Shown here piece after piece: positions 61,701 to 64,000 of a stretch of 64,000 bases of DNA. The stretch covers positions 31,868,001 to 31,932,000 of the forward strand of contig CP158635.1 of assembly GCA_050273025.1 (NCBI GenBank), written 5' to 3'. Each line of letters opens with the position of its first letter. The first letter of the stretch is position 1. This DNA comes from Cenococcum geophilum (taxonomy: Eukaryota). The notes below the pieces were generated by a model. That model did no database searches. It was not told the origin of the DNA and saw only the letters and a program-made list of their open reading frames with translations. A program made the position numbers and the translations under genes.

Positions 61701-64000
61701 CTTAATATAGATTATATAAATATAAAGTACTTCCTTTTAGACTAACTAATAGACCGGCTATATACCAACGATATATAAACGATATACTCTTTAACTACCT
61801 TAATAACTTCTATATAGCCTACCTAGATAATATTATAATTTACTCTAAGAACGAGTTAGAATATAAGGAGCACGTTTATAAGGTTCTATAATAACTTTAT
61901 AAGGCTAGCCTCTAGGCTAATATTAAGAATTTAGAATTTAGTATAAAGCGTATAAAGTACTTAGGGTTTATTATTAGTATAGACGGAATTAAGGCTAACC
62001 TAGAAAAGACGGCTGTAATTAATTAGTGAGAACTACTATAGACTATAAAAGGGATATAGTTATTCTTAGGCTTCTATAACTTCTACTAACGCTTTATTAA
62101 AAACTACAGCAAAATTACTTAGCCCCTTAGCCGCCTTACCATAAAGGACTAGCCCTTTTACTTTAATACCGTATATAAGTAGGCTTTTAATAAGCTTAAG
62201 AAACGACTGGTCTCCGCTCCCTTACTTACCTACTTTAACCTAAAATAGCCCTTAATGCTAGAAACGGATGCCTTAGATAGTATTATTGCTAGCGTTTATT
62301 CCCAGAAGTAGACGGACAGAGAATAGCACCCTATTACTTACTACTTAAAGACTATAATAAATGCTGAGCTAAACTACCCAATCCATAATAAAGAAATGTT
62401 GGCTATTATCTTTAGCTTTTAGCACTGGCGAGTATAGCTAAAAGGGACCCCTAAGCCTATTTAGGTAGTTTTAGATTATAAGGCCCTAGAATACTTTATA
62501 ATAACTAAGGCCCTTATAGCCCGGTAAGCGTACTAGGTAGACATTCTATCCTAATTTAACTTCCTAATTATATATAGGCTAGGCGCTACTAACTATGCGG
62601 ACGCTCTTATAAGACGTAAATAAGACTTAAATAACTAGATAGCCGCGAAGATCTTATTACGGACCTAGACGCTACTATAACTAAAGCACCTTAACCATTA
62701 GATATGGGAAGAACTAATTACTAAATCTCTAAGCGCCGAGATATATTCTATTAACCCTATGGAATTCGACCTTATTAATAAACTACTATAAATAAACCGT
62801 ACGGACCCTTCTCTACAGAAATACCATAAAAAGGTAAAGGATATTACTAGCTTATAGTCCCTTAAAAATGGACTACTTAAGCACTAGAAATAGCTAGTAG
62901 TAGTAGAGGAACGGAACTTATAAACCCGGCTTATTACTAAAGCATATACCTAGGTCTCTACGGCCTACCCTAAAAAAATAAGACCTATAAGATTATTAGT
63001 AACCGTTACTACTGGCCCGAAATAGTTATAAATATTAACCGTTATATACGGAACTGTAATAACTGCCGTAGGTCTATAATTCCACAAGATAAGACCCTAG
63101 GATTATTAAAACCTCTCTTAATACCTAACCACCCCTATTAGTATATCTCTATAGACTTTTATAAGCTACCTATAAACCGCGACGGATATAATATAGTTAT
63201 AATTCTAGTTAACCGCTTTAGTAAGCGCCTATTCTTAATTCCCTATTATAAGAATATTAATGCTAAGAAGGCGGCCCGACTATATATCTACTACGTCTAC
63301 TGCATTTACGGACCACTAGATACTATAGTATCCAATTATAGCCCGTAATTTATATTGGCCTTTTAGAACGAGCTTACCTAGATCCTAGGTATTAGGCTAA
63401 AGCTCTTTATAGTATACTGCCCCTAAATAGACGGCTAGACAGAGATTATAAATTAATATTTAGATTAGAGACTCTGGCCTTTTATTAACTACTTCTAAAA
63501 TAACTAGGGTAAACTACTACCCCTAATAGACTACGCCTAGGTAACCCTACCCTATAACTCTACGGGATTTACACCTATCCAACTAGAAATAGGGTATTTA
63601 CCCTAAATAAGCTTTAACTAGGATAGACTAGAAGGACTATAAACTGTACGCAAGAAACTGTCTTATAAGAAAGCCTAGCAGTACGCTAAGCGCTTAGAGG
63701 AAGCCTAGACGGTAGCCCGTACAAATCTAGAAAAGGCCTAAAAATTAATAGCACAGTAGGTAAATAAGCATAGGCGCGAACCTAACTTTACTATAGGTAA
63801 TATAGTCTAGGTTATAATAAAGAACTAAAAGACGGAACGGCTTAGCTATAAGCTAAACTATTAGATAGCGAGACTATATAAGGTCCTTAAGAAGATAGAT
63901 AACTTATACAAAGTAGAGCTTCTAGATTTGATTAAGGTTTACCCTATTTTCTCGCCGGATAAGCTATAAAAAGCTATAAATAACCTATTGCCCGGACAAA
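58714..64000 (+). mobile_element. Ty3/Gypsy element 'E', RIP-degraded, running off the window
   Basis: The 5' LTR starts TGTTACGG at 58714 (end about 58940, uncertain). gag about 59100-60255, protease LA(D)SG.N about 60370, RT AYLD(D)I about 61820, RNase H ETDAS about 62260, integrase about 63000-63950. Confidence 0.92.

Noticed and set aside
1..64000. Starship-type giant element, telomere, rRNA or tRNA genes
   Set aside because: I saw no tyrosine-recombinase captain remnant, no tandem TTAGGG array and no recognisable structural RNA by eye; a tRNAscan or Infernal run would be needed to exclude small RNAs.

Overview
Fungal (Pezizomycotina, probably Dothideomycete-like) genomic window. A GC-equilibrated gene island of about 6.7 kb (about 17.6-24.3 kb) sits between two AT-rich blocks of nested transposons degraded by RIP (CpA>TpA / TpG>TpA, so their reading frames are broken by TAA/TAG stops). 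The island holds a 288-aa conserved-looking protein with an Atg31-like motif order, APC11 (4 exons), a TUM1-type 3-mercaptopyruvate sulfurtransferase (2 exons), a 246-aa hypothetical protein and a possible decayed gene. The repeat blocks resolve into three copies of one Ty3/Gypsy chromovirus family (A1, A2, A3), four other Gypsy elements (B, C, D, E), one Copia remnant, a complete hAT with a nested MITE, and a second interrupted hAT. Undoing RIP by eye shows that several elements carry extra modules: a PhyH-like 2OG-Fe(II) dioxygenase ORF in Gypsy C, an intron-containing antisense Zn2Cys6-like/coiled-coil gene in family A, a DUF3716-like gene in the hAT, an AT-hook after the chromodomain of D, and a long unknown ORF in B. 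All de-RIPed translations are manual reconstructions, no database searches were run, and element names A-E are my labels.
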